Position numbers and translations under genes: made by a program. From a virus, in IMG/VR virus record IMGVR_UViG_3300028801_000003: 64,000 nt of DNA; one strand, written 5' to 3'. Positions within the stretch are counted from its first letter, which is position 1; each line of letters opens with the position of its first letter. This document shows positions 1 to 9,270 of this stretch, piece by piece. The notes beneath the pieces are model-generated. The model had not been told where the DNA came from. It saw only the letters and a program-made list of their open reading frames with translations, and made no database searches.

Positions 1-3000
1 GAGGGTAATCTGAAGTACGACGATAAGGTGCCGCTGGCTGAGCAGTCCGTGCCGAACGGTAGCTTGCGCGACAGCGTCGAAGCGATCCAGAAGATGCCTG
101 CATGGAAGGCTATCGGCAAAGCACTGGACGACTTGAAGTCGCTGCCGCGCACCGCGGCCAGCCATCTGAAAGAGTCCGCGACGCTGAGCGCACTGGCTAA
201 GGCCTTTGGTACGAGCGAGCCGACGCTGTCGGCGCACACTGGTGATGTGCCCGCGATGATCATGCCTAAAGGTGCAGACGGCAAAGTCATCATCAGCCTG
301 AACAAGAACCTGAAAGGTGCGGCGCGCGTCAGCGCGATGATGCACGAGTTCGGCCACCACATCGTCAACGAGAAATTCGAAGCGGCTACACCCGAACAGA
401 AAGCGGCGATCTTCGCCGGCTATAAGGCGTGGCGCGTAGCGCAGCGCGGAGCGGCCGATAACCTGGAGACGCGCCTGTCCAAGGCGCCGCTCTTCTCAGG
501 GCTGCGTCTTATCGACGATATGCGCGGAGCAAGTGCGAAGACACGCGGTCAGTTGACCGATGCGCAGGCGAAGTACCTGCTCTCGGCGCATGAGTACCTG
601 GCTGACTCCGTGGCGCGTGCGCTGGAACAACACACTGGCGCGCAGACCATCGTGGGCAAGTTCATGCAGAGCGTGGCCAAAGCCACGAAGCTCGCGTATG
701 ATCTGGTGCGTGGAGTCGATCCCCGACTGACGGATTCCCCCGCAGCCGTACGGGATTGGGTCCACAGCCTCTACGAGGCACCTGCCAAACCCGACGCCGA
801 CCACGCTCCCCCAGCCTCGGCGTCGGGGGCGGCCCCACGCTCCGGCAGCTCCACGCCCGACGATCTGAGCGCGGCGCTCAACCCTCGCGATCGTGGCATC
901 TTGTACAGCATCCTGCAGCGTCGCGACATGATGCAGCAGCTGCTAGTGGGTGCGGATCACGACACGGCCGAAGCGTTGGGTAACTCCGCGACGCAGATGC
1001 AGACCGCGATCAACGAAGGCTTTAAGAAATGGGTCGCTGGCGATCTCAACCTGACTGATAAATCACTGCTCGGTCCGTTGACGCGGCTGCGCGACGCCGT
1101 CATGACCGCGACCGGTATCGCCACGAAGAACGAACTGGCCGAGCGCATTTTCCAGGACGCCCAGGTCGGACGCACTGACGCGGCCACCAGCGTCGTGCGT
1201 ACCGTGGAGTCCGAACGGCAACAGGCACTGCGCGACGCCGGCGCCACCACACAGGCCGCGATCCGTCATGCGCTGTTTACGACGGCGGAGTTCGCGCACC
1301 TGAAGGTGGCGCCGGCCGCCGGTAAGTTCTTGGCCTCAATGGACGAGCGGCTACGCGCGACGAACATCCCGGCGGCGCACGTGCTCGCCTCTCTCGTGCA
1401 CCGCCAAACGGGCGAACGCGGCGAAGGTCAGCCGATGCTGCAGGCGCGCGCGCAGAAACGCGCGCAGCTGTGGGAGCGCGCGACCAACATCATCAACTCG
1501 ATCCCGGAGAAAGATCAGCCGGCCGTGCTCGACGCACTGCGCTCACAGACGACGCTCGCCGATCCGGTCATGGAGCAGCACCGGCAGAACGTGCTCGGGT
1601 ACTTCAAGGACATCAAGTCGTACATGGATTCGAAGGGTGTCGTCATGGGTCACATCGAAGACTATTTCCCGGTTTCGATGGACCAGAAGGAAGTGCAGAA
1701 CCGCGCGACCGAGTTCAACGCGATGTTGTCGGACCCGAAGCTCGAAGACGGTATGCGCGATTACTTCAAGTCGAAGGGCTGGGATACGAGCGACATGTCG
1801 CACATGGACATGATCAACAAGATGCGTGAGATGGCCGCGAGCCATCCGGACTACACATTGGGTGGGCGTTCGTTCGCCGATACGGGCGCGGCGCCCGGTG
1901 GCAGCGAATTCAAGACGCGCGTCAGCGAGTTCATTTACAAGCAGAACGATCCAGAGCTCAACAAACAGTTCGCCAGTTTCCAGACCAAGGACCTGGAACA
2001 GCTAATGATCCCCTACGCCTCGCATGCGACGAACGTGGCGGAGTTCACCAACGCGCTGGGTAAGACCAGTGACATGAAGACCTCGACGTTCGATCAGCTC
2101 CTTACCCAGGCGCGCGAACAAGGTGCGACCGACGCACACATCCAGACGATGAAGGACTATGTGGACGCCGCCATGGGCAGCTATGGCACTGGACCGAATC
2201 CGTACTTCGCCAAGGCGATCGGTACGTTCGACAAAATGTTCGGCACCAAACTGGGTGACATCAACTCGGCGCAGTGGCAGAAAGCATCACAGGCGATCAT
2301 CGCCTACCAGAACTTGCGCGTGCTGGGGCTCGGGCTGTTTGGCAACATGATCGACCCGCTGGGCGTGTGGACGCGCAGCTCTTCGATGAAGAATACGTGG
2401 GAAGGGTATAAGGGCGCGTATAAAGCCATGATGTCGAAGAACCCGACGTACTTGTCGGACATGGCGCATTCATTGGGCACCGTCGAGTCGCGTGCCGCGT
2501 CCGAGGCGCTGGCGTATAACTACGGTGCATCGAACGAAGATAACGTCAAGTCGTGGTCGTACCGGATCAACCGCGCGCTGTTCAAGGTCAACGGCATGGA
2601 ATCGATGACACATTTCGCGCGGCTGGCCGCGACCGAAGGGGCGAACAAGTTCTTGCTACAGCACGCGCAGACGCCTGGGCCGCACTCGGCACGTTACCTC
2701 GCCGAGCTCGGTATTAAGCCCGAGGACATCAAGGAAGACCCGACGCACCCAGGCTACGTCCAGCGTAATGCCGCGGTCGATAAAGCGCTCTATCAGTTCG
2801 TCGACGAATCCGTCCTGCGCCCAGTGCCGACCCAGAAACCGGGCTGGCACAGTGATCCGCACTTCGCGATCGCCTCGCAGTACAAAGGTTACCTATATGC
2901 GTTCTATGCCACGATCACCGAGCGCATGATCCACGAGGTGAAGAACGGGAACTTGCAGGGCGTCGCGCCAGTCGCGGGGTATTTGGCGGTGTCGATGGCC

Positions 3001-3327
3001 GCGGAGTTGGCGCGCGAGCTGGTGCAGTTCGGCGGCGCGGGTAATCCGAATCGGCAGAACTGGACCGCGGAGGACTATCTGAAACTGGCCGCGTCGCGGT
3101 CGGGGCTGGCTGGCCCGAAGCTGGACACCGGTTTGGGATCGTTGGAAGATGTGGCCAGGGGTAACGTGCCGTTGTCAGCCGTCGCCGGCCCGTCGATCTC
3201 GCAGGCCCAGCAGCTGGGGCGCACCGTTATCGGCGAGCAGCCGGTCAAGAATACGCTGATCGAGTCGCTGCCGGGGCAGAGTTTGTATCACGGGTACTTC
3301 GAGGATAAGGATCATGGCGGACGATAA
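1..3327 (+). CDS. C-terminal >=1108 aa of a giant virion (internal/ejection-type) protein; the 5' end is outside the window; contains an HExxH zincin-like motif
   Basis: Frame 1 is open from base 1 into the listed ORF 28..3327, with no in-frame stop before 28. The motif MMHEFGHHIV is encoded at about 337-366. It is the last large gene of the + strand structural operon. Confidence 0.8.
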   Translation, partial: EGNLKYDDKVPLAEQSVPNGSLRDSVEAIQKMPAWKAIGKALDDLKSLPRTAASHLKESATLSALAKAFGTSEPTLSAHTGDVPAMIMPKGADGKVIISLNKNLKGAARVSAMMHEFGHHIVNEKFEAATPEQKAAIFAGYKAWRVAQRGAADNLETRLSKAPLFSGLRLIDDMRGASAKTRGQLTDAQAKYLLSAHEYLADSVARALEQHTGAQTIVGKFMQSVAKATKLAYDLVRGVDPRLTDSPAAVRDWVHSLYEAPAKPDADHAPPASASGAAPRSGSSTPDDLSAALNPRDRGILYSILQRRDMMQQLLVGADHDTAEALGNSATQMQTAINEGFKKWVAGDLNLTDKSLLGPLTRLRDAVMTATGIATKNELAERIFQDAQVGRTDAATSVVRTVESERQQALRDAGATTQAAIRHALFTTAEFAHLKVAPAAGKFLASMDERLRATNIPAAHVLASLVHRQTGERGEGQPMLQARAQKRAQLWERATNIINSIPEKDQPAVLDALRSQTTLADPVMEQHRQNVLGYFKDIKSYMDSKGVVMGHIEDYFPVSMDQKEVQNRATEFNAMLSDPKLEDGMRDYFKSKGWDTSDMSHMDMINKMREMAASHPDYTLGGRSFADTGAAPGGSEFKTRVSEFIYKQNDPELNKQFASFQTKDLEQLMIPYASHATNVAEFTNALGKTSDMKTSTFDQLLTQAREQGATDAHIQTMKDYVDAAMGSYGTGPNPYFAKAIGTFDKMFGTKLGDINSAQWQKASQAIIAYQNLRVLGLGLFGNMIDPLGVWTRSSSMKNTWEGYKGAYKAMMSKNPTYLSDMAHSLGTVESRAASEALAYNYGASNEDNVKSWSYRINRALFKVNGMESMTHFARLAATEGANKFLLQHAQTPGPHSARYLAELGIKPEDIKEDPTHPGYVQRNAAVDKALYQFVDESVLRPVPTQKPGWHSDPHFAIASQYKGYLYAFYATITERMIHEVKNGNLQGVAPVAGYLAVSMAAELARELVQFGGAGNPNRQNWTAEDYLKLAASRSGLAGPKLDTGLGSLEDVARGNVPLSAVAGPSISQAQQLGRTVIGEQPVKNTLIESLPGQSLYHGYFEDKDHGGR

Positions 3328-3505
3328 AGACTGGATCGCTGGTGCGGTCAAGAAACCGGGTGCCTTGCATGCCGAACTGGGCGTTAAGAAAGGCGACAAA
3401 ATACCTGTCAAGACACTGAGACGCGCCTCCAAAAAGGGTGGTAAGCTCGCCCAGCGGGCGAACTTCGCGCTCGCGATGCACGGCCTACGCCGGCATGACA
3501 GTTAA
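3314..3505 (+). CDS. small basic protein (63 aa), hypothetical
   Basis: ORF track. The ATG is preceded by GAGGATAAGGATC and overlaps the end of the giant gene. The protein is Lys/Arg-rich. Confidence 0.6.
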   Translation: MADDKDWIAGAVKKPGALHAELGVKKGDKIPVKTLRRASKKGGKLAQRANFALAMHGLRRHDS

Positions 3506-3524
3506 CTATCTGAGGTAAAACCAG

Positions 3525-3671
3525 ATGAACAGTGAAATCGAAAGTGCGATGAAAGCGCTGGCCAAGAAGATTGGCGACGATACGCGGCCCATCGACGCGC
3601 TGCAGTTCACGCAGGCGCTATTAAACCTAGCACACGCAAAAGTGATGCTAGCCGACTGCGATAAGCGATAA
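3525..3671 (+). CDS. hypothetical 48-aa protein (below the ORF-track cutoff)
   Basis: Hand translation gives MNSEIESAMKALAKKIGDDTRPIDALQFTQALLNLAHAKVMLADCDKR. AGGT lies 8 nt upstream of the ATG. The ORF fills the gap between neighbouring genes. Confidence 0.5.
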   Translation: MNSEIESAMKALAKKIGDDTRPIDALQFTQALLNLAHAKVMLADCDKR

Positions 3672-3726
3672 AGAGTGCCCAAAGAGGCGCGCCCCCAAGT
3701 CCATCAGCCACGCACCAGGAGTCAGC

Positions 3727-4056
3727 ATGACACCCAAGGAACAAGAAGTCCGGGATAAAGACCCCACACACGTCAGTCGCGACGAAGTTCATCGTCGGAT
3801 CGACCGCGTTGACCACAGCACCCGCGAAGGCGAGAACGTCAGTATTTGCGTCATCACCCTGGACACCGGGTTCAGTGTATCGGCCGAAGTCGATATGCCA
3901 CCGCACGACCTTTCCCGTACGCGTGCGTTCTATAAAGCCATGGACGTGCTCCAGACCGCGATGAACTTCCATCGCCACGAACAACTGCGCTGGATGAAGG
4001 CCCAGGAACAGGAGCTTGATTTCCTGATGGCCACCGGCAAACAGGACGGAGAGTGA
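3727..4056 (+). CDS. small phage protein, possibly N4 gp49 / Sf6 gp66-like
   Basis: ORF track. The core SICVITLDTGFSVSAEV resembles, from memory and unverified, the CxLxLxNGFxVxG core of that family. Confidence 0.55.
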   Translation: MTPKEQEVRDKDPTHVSRDEVHRRIDRVDHSTREGENVSICVITLDTGFSVSAEVDMPPHDLSRTRAFYKAMDVLQTAMNFHRHEQLRWMKAQEQELDFLMATGKQDGE

Positions 4057-4057
4057 T

Positions 4058-4390
4058 ATGACGAACAACGAGTTTAAAGCCTGGTTCGAAGGCTTCAGCG
4101 AAAGCATCGAGCGCACACCGACCGCGAAGCAGTGGGAGAAGATCACGGCGAAGGTCAAGCTGATCGATGGCGCGGTATCCTACCCGTACGTCGTGTATCG
4201 CGATCGGTATGTCGATCGTTATCCAGTATGGCCGTACGGCAACGTCATGACTACGAACGCCAGTATGACAAAAGGACTGAGCGCCGGTGCCGCTACTTCG
4301 GCGATGGGCGCAGATGCGCAGTTGAACAACACACAAAACATGGGCGAGTTCCTACGTAATATGGGCCGGGCAGAAGCTGCCGAATCGTAA
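4058..4390 (+). CDS. hypothetical protein (110 aa)
   Basis: ORF track. It starts 2 nt after the upstream stop. Confidence 0.7.
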   Translation: MTNNEFKAWFEGFSESIERTPTAKQWEKITAKVKLIDGAVSYPYVVYRDRYVDRYPVWPYGNVMTTNASMTKGLSAGAATSAMGADAQLNNTQNMGEFLRNMGRAEAAES

Positions 4391-4446
4391 TGACCATGTC
4401 GCGCGGGTTCGCCTTCCGCCACCATTTTTCCACCGAGGTACTACCA

Positions 4447-4605
4447 ATGAGCAACGATGTCGCACCGAAACAGCAAGCCGGTGAGCCGATCGAACTGTAC
4501 CGCGCGCGAATGAAGGCGTGGGAAAACACACAAAACGCCGAAGCGCTCAGGGTCGAGATCGCCGAAGACGAAACCGATCTATCGAAGCTCGAAAACCAGT
4601 CCTAA
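4447..4605 (+). CDS. hypothetical acidic protein (52 aa; an alternative coupled start lies at 4390)
   Basis: The internal ATG of track ORF 4390..4605 is preceded by GAGGT plus 8 nt. The 4390 ATG overlaps the upstream TAA (TAATG). Confidence 0.55.
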   Translation: MSNDVAPKQQAGEPIELYRARMKAWENTQNAEALRVEIAEDETDLSKLENQS

Positions 4606-4675
4606 ACCTTCACCGCATGACAACAAGGGTGGCTGTAGAAATACACCCACCCTTGATCGTTTCTGGAGAGATGAA

Positions 4676-4936
4676 ATGGCTTTTACAAAAGGTCCTTCGC
4701 AGAACCCGCAAACGCCTGCACAGGCGGCGCGGACACCGGCATCGGCTGCCAAAACCACTTCGACCAAGACAGTCCCGCCGCAGCCGATGCTGCAACCGGG
4801 CGAAACCAACGCCGAGCATCTGGAGCGCGTACGTCAGTGGGCCGCTGACAACAACATCAAATCGCCGGTACAGCAGGCACAGGAGATTGATGCCGCGGCG
4901 TTGAAGCAGGATAAAGAGCGGAGTAAGACCAAGTGA
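4676..4936 (+). CDS. hypothetical protein (86 aa), Pro/Ala/Thr-rich N-terminus
   Basis: ORF track. GGAGAG lies upstream of the ATG. Confidence 0.65.
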   Translation: MAFTKGPSQNPQTPAQAARTPASAAKTTSTKTVPPQPMLQPGETNAEHLERVRQWAADNNIKSPVQQAQEIDAAALKQDKERSKTK

Positions 4937-5106
4937 GCATCGTCTGGGCTGTCATCCTGATCCTGGGACTGATCGCGATCTTCGCAGCAAATAACAAGCC
5001 GAAGGGCAGCGAAGAGTGGCGTAGTTCGACGTTCTGGTTCCTGCTGGCGTTCTGGGCTTATCTGGTGCTCGCGCCGTGGGCCGGACACGTGTTAGCAACT
5101 ACATAA
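4933..5106 (+). CDS. small membrane protein (57 aa, two hydrophobic segments)
   Basis: Hand translation from a GTG that overlaps the upstream TGA (GTGA) gives SIVWAVILILGLIAIFAANN...FWFLLAFWAYLVLAPWAGHVLATT. The stop is TAA at 5104-5106. Confidence 0.55.
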   Translation: MSIVWAVILILGLIAIFAANNKPKGSEEWRSSTFWFLLAFWAYLVLAPWAGHVLATT

Positions 5107-5136
5107 TTCGGCGACCCTCATTAAAGAGGCAAAAAG

Positions 5137-5162
5137 AAAGGGCTCCGTAAGGAGCCCTTTTT
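5137..5162. terminator. bidirectional rho-independent terminator between convergent operons
   Basis: The stem is AAAGGGCTCC / GGAGCCCTTT with loop GTAA. An A-run lies upstream and a T-run downstream, so it reads as hairpin plus U-tract on both strands. Confidence 0.85.
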
Positions 5163-5164
5163 AA

Positions 5165-5305
5165 TTAACCGCCTTTCGTATCGCTGTCGAGACAGTCTCG
5201 CCAAAGAGTCAGCTCAGGCGTGGGTTCGATAACCCCGCAGCGTGGAGGCTCACAGTGGAAACGAGCAATGATCTCTGCTTCTGAGGCGTTATCGATGATG
5301 ACCAT
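5165..5305 (-). CDS. hypothetical 46-aa protein
   Basis: This is the internal ATG of track ORF 5165..5392 (MVIIDNASEAE...). Its ATG shares its A with the TGA of the upstream micro-ORF. Confidence 0.45.
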   Translation of the reverse strand: MVIIDNASEAEIIARFHCEPPRCGVIEPTPELTLWRDCLDSDTKGG

Positions 5306-5421
5306 CAGACTTTCGCCTTCTCGGCTTTCGCCTTGGCGATCAGATTGGCTACCCATTTCGGCTCCGGGATGATATAGCCGAGCACGAAGCACACCGCACC
5401 GACTATGACGGTTGTGATCAC
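5305..5421 (-). CDS. small membrane peptide (38 aa)
   Basis: Hand translation gives VITTVIVGAVCFVLGYIIPEPKWVANLIAKAKAEKAKV. The GTG overlaps the TGA of the upstream gene (GTGA). Confidence 0.45.
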   Translation of the reverse strand: MITTVIVGAVCFVLGYIIPEPKWVANLIAKAKAEKAKV

Positions 5422-5795
5422 GAGCCGGAGCTCGGGGTCGGGGCTGGCGTGGTGCTACCAGCAGCGGGAGTGGTAGCTGCCTGCAGACTGGTGATCAGGT
5501 TGGTGGCATTCTGGTTGATCGTGGCCGTGTTGGCCTCCAGTGCCTGACTGATGCTGGTCAGTGCAGTAACGGCCGCAGCCGCATCGACGTTACCACCAGC
5601 AGCGATCGCGGCAGCCAGAGCATTGATCTCGTTCTGGATGTCGGCGTTTTCCGCCACTTGCGCGGCAGTGTTGGCAGTGATGTCGCTTTGCAGGGTGGTA
5701 ACGATGTCGTCTAATGCGCTCATTTTACTCTCCAGGCGGGCTAGGGAAGCACGGATAAGGTACAGCTCTTCGAGGATGCGGAACTGCGGGTTCAT
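5418..5795 (-). CDS. coiled-coil protein (125 aa) with an Ala/Thr/Asn-rich repeat character
   Basis: This is the internal ATG (MNPQFRILEELYL...) of track ORF 5418..5945. The longer N-terminus would overlap the upstream gene 5806..6012. Confidence 0.65.
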   Translation of the reverse strand: MNPQFRILEELYLIRASLARLESKMSALDDIVTTLQSDITANTAAQVAENADIQNEINALAAAIAAGGNVDAAAAVTALTSISQALEANTATINQNATNLITSLQAATTPAAGSTTPAPTPSSGS

Positions 5796-5805
5796 AATGC
5801 ACCAC

Positions 5806-6012
5806 TCATTTCTTGGGTTTGTCGCGGTTACCGAAACGCCGGCAGTCCAACAGGAATTCCTCCTCGTTGAAAGGGCTGTATAAGCGTAGCACTTGCGCGG
5901 CCGCATCGGTAGCCATCTCAGCCGCGTCGCTCTTACCCTGCGCACGTAGTGCCAGGATCGAGGCGATCAGTGCACGGTAATAGTCTGGAGGTACAGGTTT
6001 AGTGACGGACAT
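5806..6012 (-). CDS. hypothetical protein (68 aa)
   Basis: ORF track. Compact spacing with its neighbours. Confidence 0.6.
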   Translation of the reverse strand: MSVTKPVPPDYYRALIASILALRAQGKSDAAEMATDAAAQVLRLYSPFNEEEFLLDCRRFGNRDKPKK

Positions 6013-6376
6013 GGTGCTGGCCCTCCGCTGCTGCGAGCGTCGTGCGAAGCGCCAGGAGCGCCTCTTCGACGACCCGGATATCCTCGGCGCCGGCCGCTAC
6101 GTCATAGCGCCGTTCGTGGGCGATGCCGTGCTCACGGAACAGACGCTCTTCGAGCGTACCGACGTAGACCATGAATCGCATGATGGCCAGTGAAAGCTCG
6201 GCTGATTCGACGCTGTGATGCGCGGCGAACAGGTGATCCAGGCCAGGACCGAGTTTACTGTCGGCCAGGTCCTCCACCATGGCATAGGTGGTGTTGAGCA
6301 AGCAGTATTCGTCTTGCGAAAGTTTCTCGCCAAGCTCCTTGTCCAGGGCTTCGACAGCTTTTTCTTGATCGGTCAC
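5999..6376 (-). CDS. hypothetical acidic protein (125 aa)
   Basis: ORF track. GTG start with GGAGAA upstream. It is the first gene after the terminator at 6393-6418. Confidence 0.7.
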   Translation of the reverse strand: MTDQEKAVEALDKELGEKLSQDEYCLLNTTYAMVEDLADSKLGPGLDHLFAAHHSVESAELSLAIMRFMVYVGTLEERLFREHGIAHERRYDVAAGAEDIRVVEEALLALRTTLAAAEGQHHVRH

Positions 6377-6392
6377 GGGTTTCTCCAGTGGT

Positions 6393-6418
6393 AAAAAAGG
6401 CGCCCTGGAAGGCGCCTT
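6393..6418 (-). terminator. rho-independent terminator (minus strand)
   Basis: On the minus strand the sequence reads AAGGCGCC TTCCAG GGCGCCTT followed by TTTT. Confidence 0.7.
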
Positions 6419-6552
6419 AGTGTTTGATCACGCCCCCGGAGAATCAACTCAGGAACAGGGTAGGAACGCTCAAACTGGCGAGGTTATGGGTCACTCACGC
6501 CTGGACCCCGATATCAGCTACTCACAGCAGGAACGGGGTCAAGGTACAACGA

Positions 6553-6669
6553 TTAGAACGCGTGGGCAACACCTCGTCCACGAAAAGCGAAATACAGCAC
6601 CAAACCCATCTTGGCGAACTTGGAGCCCTGAATCAGCAGCATCCCCAGCATGCGTAACAAATCGATCAT
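6553..6669 (-). CDS. possible small hydrophobic peptide (38 aa)
   Basis: Hand translation gives MIDLLRMLGMLLIQGSKFAKMGLVLYFAFRGRGVAHAF. Its ATG overlaps the TGA of gene 6666..7076 (ATGA). Confidence 0.35.
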   Translation of the reverse strand: MIDLLRMLGMLLIQGSKFAKMGLVLYFAFRGRGVAHAF

Positions 6670-7076
6670 CGCACCCGCTCCAGTAACTGTGCCGCCAGCT
6701 CAGCTGAGTATCGTAGTCGGGGTATAAATACCTCCGGTAGTACGAGACTGCACCATTCTTGTGGCGTCCACAGGATGAATCCCCGTGCTTTATCTGATGG
6801 TACGCCGACCACCACACACACGTTCTTGCCCGCGTTGTATCGCCGTTCGAGCCACATCTCCTGACGTGCGGAGATGAAGGCTTTACGGTCCTGCATGTTG
6901 TAGCCGTTCTTACCGAACGTTTTAGCTATCTTGAACTCGACCCACAGGTCGCGGTTGTAGTCCAGGTACCGATCCGGGGTGCCGGGCGCCGTGATGCACA
7001 CGGGCGTCATAGACTGAACATGGACCGACGCCGGCAGTTTATCGATCACTGCCTTGGTGAATTTATGCTCGTTCAA
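6666..7076 (-). CDS. PD-(D/E)xK nuclease, VRR-NUC-like
   Basis: ORF track. It shows the pattern GTPDRYL ... DLWVEFK, typical of the VRR-NUC / restriction-endonuclease fold. Confidence 0.55.
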   Translation of the reverse strand: MNEHKFTKAVIDKLPASVHVQSMTPVCITAPGTPDRYLDYNRDLWVEFKIAKTFGKNGYNMQDRKAFISARQEMWLERRYNAGKNVCVVVGVPSDKARGFILWTPQEWCSLVLPEVFIPRLRYSAELAAQLLERVR

Positions 7077-7276
7077 AATGGGAACGGGTCGTCACCCGTG
7101 ACCATGTACTGCAGCATATTGTTCTTAGCCTTATCACGGTCCCTGATCGCTTCGCACCAGCTTCGCTCAAGGCCTTTAGCTATGTTTCCTGCGCTGATGG
7201 CTTCTTCTTTAAGCCGTTCCATCTCGGCCTCGGCCTTCCGAAACTGATCGATGTACCCTTCGAGTCTTTGGTCCAT
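7073..7276 (-). CDS. hypothetical coiled-coil protein (67 aa)
   Basis: ORF track. ATGA overlap with the downstream gene. Confidence 0.65.
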   Translation of the reverse strand: MDQRLEGYIDQFRKAEAEMERLKEEAISAGNIAKGLERSWCEAIRDRDKAKNNMLQYMVTGDDPFPF

Positions 7277-7308
7277 AGAAAGACGCCGCCTTTCGACGGC
7301 GCTCCTTG

Positions 7309-7764
7309 TTACTTGACGTGGTCGAAGAGCGCCGAATGCAGCTCGGCGTACGTGGTCTTGAGCGCCTTCATCTCCGTGGTATGACGCTCGCGCGCCTCAC
7401 GGATCAGGTTCTCCGTCTCCTTGATCTTCGCTCGAAGCTGCGGCGCGCTGTCCGTTTCGCCGACAGCCGGCGTAGCCTGGAGAGCAATCTTTACCGCATC
7501 CTTGGGCTTGTTCGGACCGCGAGGACGACGCGTACGCGCCGGTAGCTCGGCGTGACCACGTGGCAGCGCCGTATCGACAGCCGTTTCGGCCTGCTCTTCG
7601 TGATCTTCCTGATCAGCCGCTGAGTTGGCCAGGGCCTCCTGGCGCTCCTGCTCGTTCAGGTCGTCGTCCGACGGTACCAGATTATCGAGCGCTTTGGCGT
7701 TCTCGGGAGGTACGGTGACTGCACCGCGCTGGGCGATGCGGGAAACGGTGGTTCGGATAGGCAT
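7309..7764 (-). CDS. hypothetical acidic protein (151 aa)
   Basis: ORF track. Asp/Glu-rich centre and basic C-terminal half. Confidence 0.7.
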   Translation of the reverse strand: MPIRTTVSRIAQRGAVTVPPENAKALDNLVPSDDDLNEQERQEALANSAADQEDHEEQAETAVDTALPRGHAELPARTRRPRGPNKPKDAVKIALQATPAVGETDSAPQLRAKIKETENLIREARERHTTEMKALKTTYAELHSALFDHVK

Positions 7765-7776
7765 AGTGATTTCCTC

Positions 7777-8538
7777 TTATCGACGGGCGGCAGGCGCAGC
7801 GGCCCGTGTGGGTTTCTGGTTGCTGGAGACGTAATTGCTCACATCCGGGATCGCTTCGAGCATGGCCGTAGCCTCTTCGCGCAGCTGGAAGTGATCGGCG
7901 TAGTCGCTATTGGCACGCACATTCTCGAAGTTCATCGTGGAGTAACGCGTACCCGGGACCGGCATCGCGGTGATATCCACCACGGCTTTGATCGGCGGGC
8001 CGCCCAATACGCGCTCCACCTGACGAGCGAACCCGTCGAAGAACTTGATGGAGGTGGGTGGCACGGAAATGATGAAAATCTCCGCGTTGTCCAGATCGGC
8101 GGCCTGCTCTTCCAGGATCACAGCCAGTTCGCGGCTGTTCTTGCACGCCTTACCTTTACCTGTGGCTGAGCTACCCCACTGATCGTGTGCGCAGCCATGA
8201 CACATATCGTGCTGTGGCTCTGGGGACTCTGGGCACGGCTGCATGTTGGCCAGCACCTTACCGATCGCGAAACAGCCCGGCGGCAGTGGATTGCCGGCCT
8301 GATACGGATGCGGATACCAGGTGTTCTTCGACACGAAGTCCACGACGATGACACTGATCGTGGTATCGAGCTCAGCACCGTCGGGAGTTGACCAGCGACC
8401 ATTGGTATTGATGGACAGACGCGGACCGGAACCACCTGCTGAGACCTGATCCTTAATCGATTCAGCGGCGAGCTGCTGATCAATCGTGGCCAGGTCAGTC
8501 TTGGCCGGTCGTACTGCGACACTCTTTTCTTTGCTCAT
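7777..8538 (-). CDS. conserved-looking phage protein with a Cys cluster (possible DNA-binding/recombination accessory); function unassigned
   Basis: ORF track. It carries the motif CPESPEPQHDMCHGCAHDQWGSSATGKGKACKNSRELAV. It sits between a Gp157-like gene and the replication genes. Confidence 0.7.
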   Translation of the reverse strand: MSKEKSVAVRPAKTDLATIDQQLAAESIKDQVSAGGSGPRLSINTNGRWSTPDGAELDTTISVIVVDFVSKNTWYPHPYQAGNPLPPGCFAIGKVLANMQPCPESPEPQHDMCHGCAHDQWGSSATGKGKACKNSRELAVILEEQAADLDNAEIFIISVPPTSIKFFDGFARQVERVLGGPPIKAVVDITAMPVPGTRYSTMNFENVRANSDYADHFQLREEATAMLEAIPDVSNYVSSNQKPTRAAAPAARR

Positions 8539-8543
8539 TGTGA

Positions 8544-8912
8544 TTACTCTCGTCGTTTCTGGAGGGATTCGTAGGTGTACAACTCCACCCCAGGGATGGC
8601 TTTTCCTTTACGCTGCTCCAGGAGTTCAGCGAAAGGTTTGGCTGATACCCGTCGCTCCAGGAGCTCGGGGTGTTTTGACACGACCTTATAGAACACTTGC
8701 CAGTCCTTTACCTGTGGCCGTGTCTTCTCCACCAGTGTCACGGTCAACTCAGGATTACGGACCTTATCCACGCCCTGTTCCTTCATGGCGTCCAGCAGGG
8801 CCTCTTCGGTGATCTTCAGCAGACGATCGCTCTCGATGAGCCGAGAGCGATGCACCGAGGCTTCGTTGTCCGCTTCGACCACCGCGGCAAGCAACTCGCC
8901 TAACGTCGCCAT
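8544..8912 (-). CDS. hypothetical protein, possibly Siphovirus Gp157-like
   Basis: ORF track. The size and helical N-terminus resemble that family, and the C-terminal segment (TVTLVEKTRPQVKDW ... IPGVELYTYESLQKR) also does, from memory. Confidence 0.6.
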   Translation of the reverse strand: MATLGELLAAVVEADNEASVHRSRLIESDRLLKITEEALLDAMKEQGVDKVRNPELTVTLVEKTRPQVKDWQVFYKVVSKHPELLERRVSAKPFAELLEQRKGKAIPGVELYTYESLQKRRE

Positions 8913-9085
8913 TAGACGGCCTTTAACCCATCGCCGAAGAAATGTTCCAGTGCACGATCAATCGTGGTTGGTTCATACTCTCCGGCCGCTTCCAGTGACG
9001 CCGCCAAGGGGTTACGAAGATACGCCTTTTTTGGTGCATCCACGATATTGGCTGTCAGATACCGCAGTACCGATACGGCGCTCAT
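8912..9085 (-). CDS. hypothetical protein (57 aa)
   Basis: The internal ATG of track ORF 8912..9097 overlaps the upstream TGA (ATGA). Confidence 0.5.
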   Translation of the reverse strand: MSAVSVLRYLTANIVDAPKKAYLRNPLAASLEAAGEYEPTTIDRALEHFFGDGLKAV

Positions 9086-9270
9086 AGTATTTTCCACAGG
9101 TGCTTCTCCGTTATTGCCACTTTATCAGGATGCTCCTTTAGGCCAATCGAAGCATCCTTGTACCCCACCTCGTACGCCTTACGCGCAACCGCATTGAGTA
9201 TCTCGTGCAGCTGTTTGCGCGTCAGGTTTTTAAGACTTGTTGTAAAAGCTGTCGACCTTGACGGCGGCAT
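9082..9270 (-). CDS. hypothetical protein (62 aa)
   Basis: ORF track. GAGGAG lies 10 nt upstream. It overlaps the 3' end of the polymerase gene by 41 nt. Confidence 0.5.
   Translation of the reverse strand: MPPSRSTAFTTSLKNLTRKQLHEILNAVARKAYEVGYKDASIGLKEHPDKVAITEKHLWKIL

Noticed and set aside
6420-6686. Two overlapping plus-strand ORFs (88 and 77 aa) in the 6420-6665 gap
   Set aside because: There is no RBS. They run against the direction of the whole arm and are rich in Arg/His/Thr/Ser. The region is better explained as a minus-strand micro-ORF plus the terminator leader.
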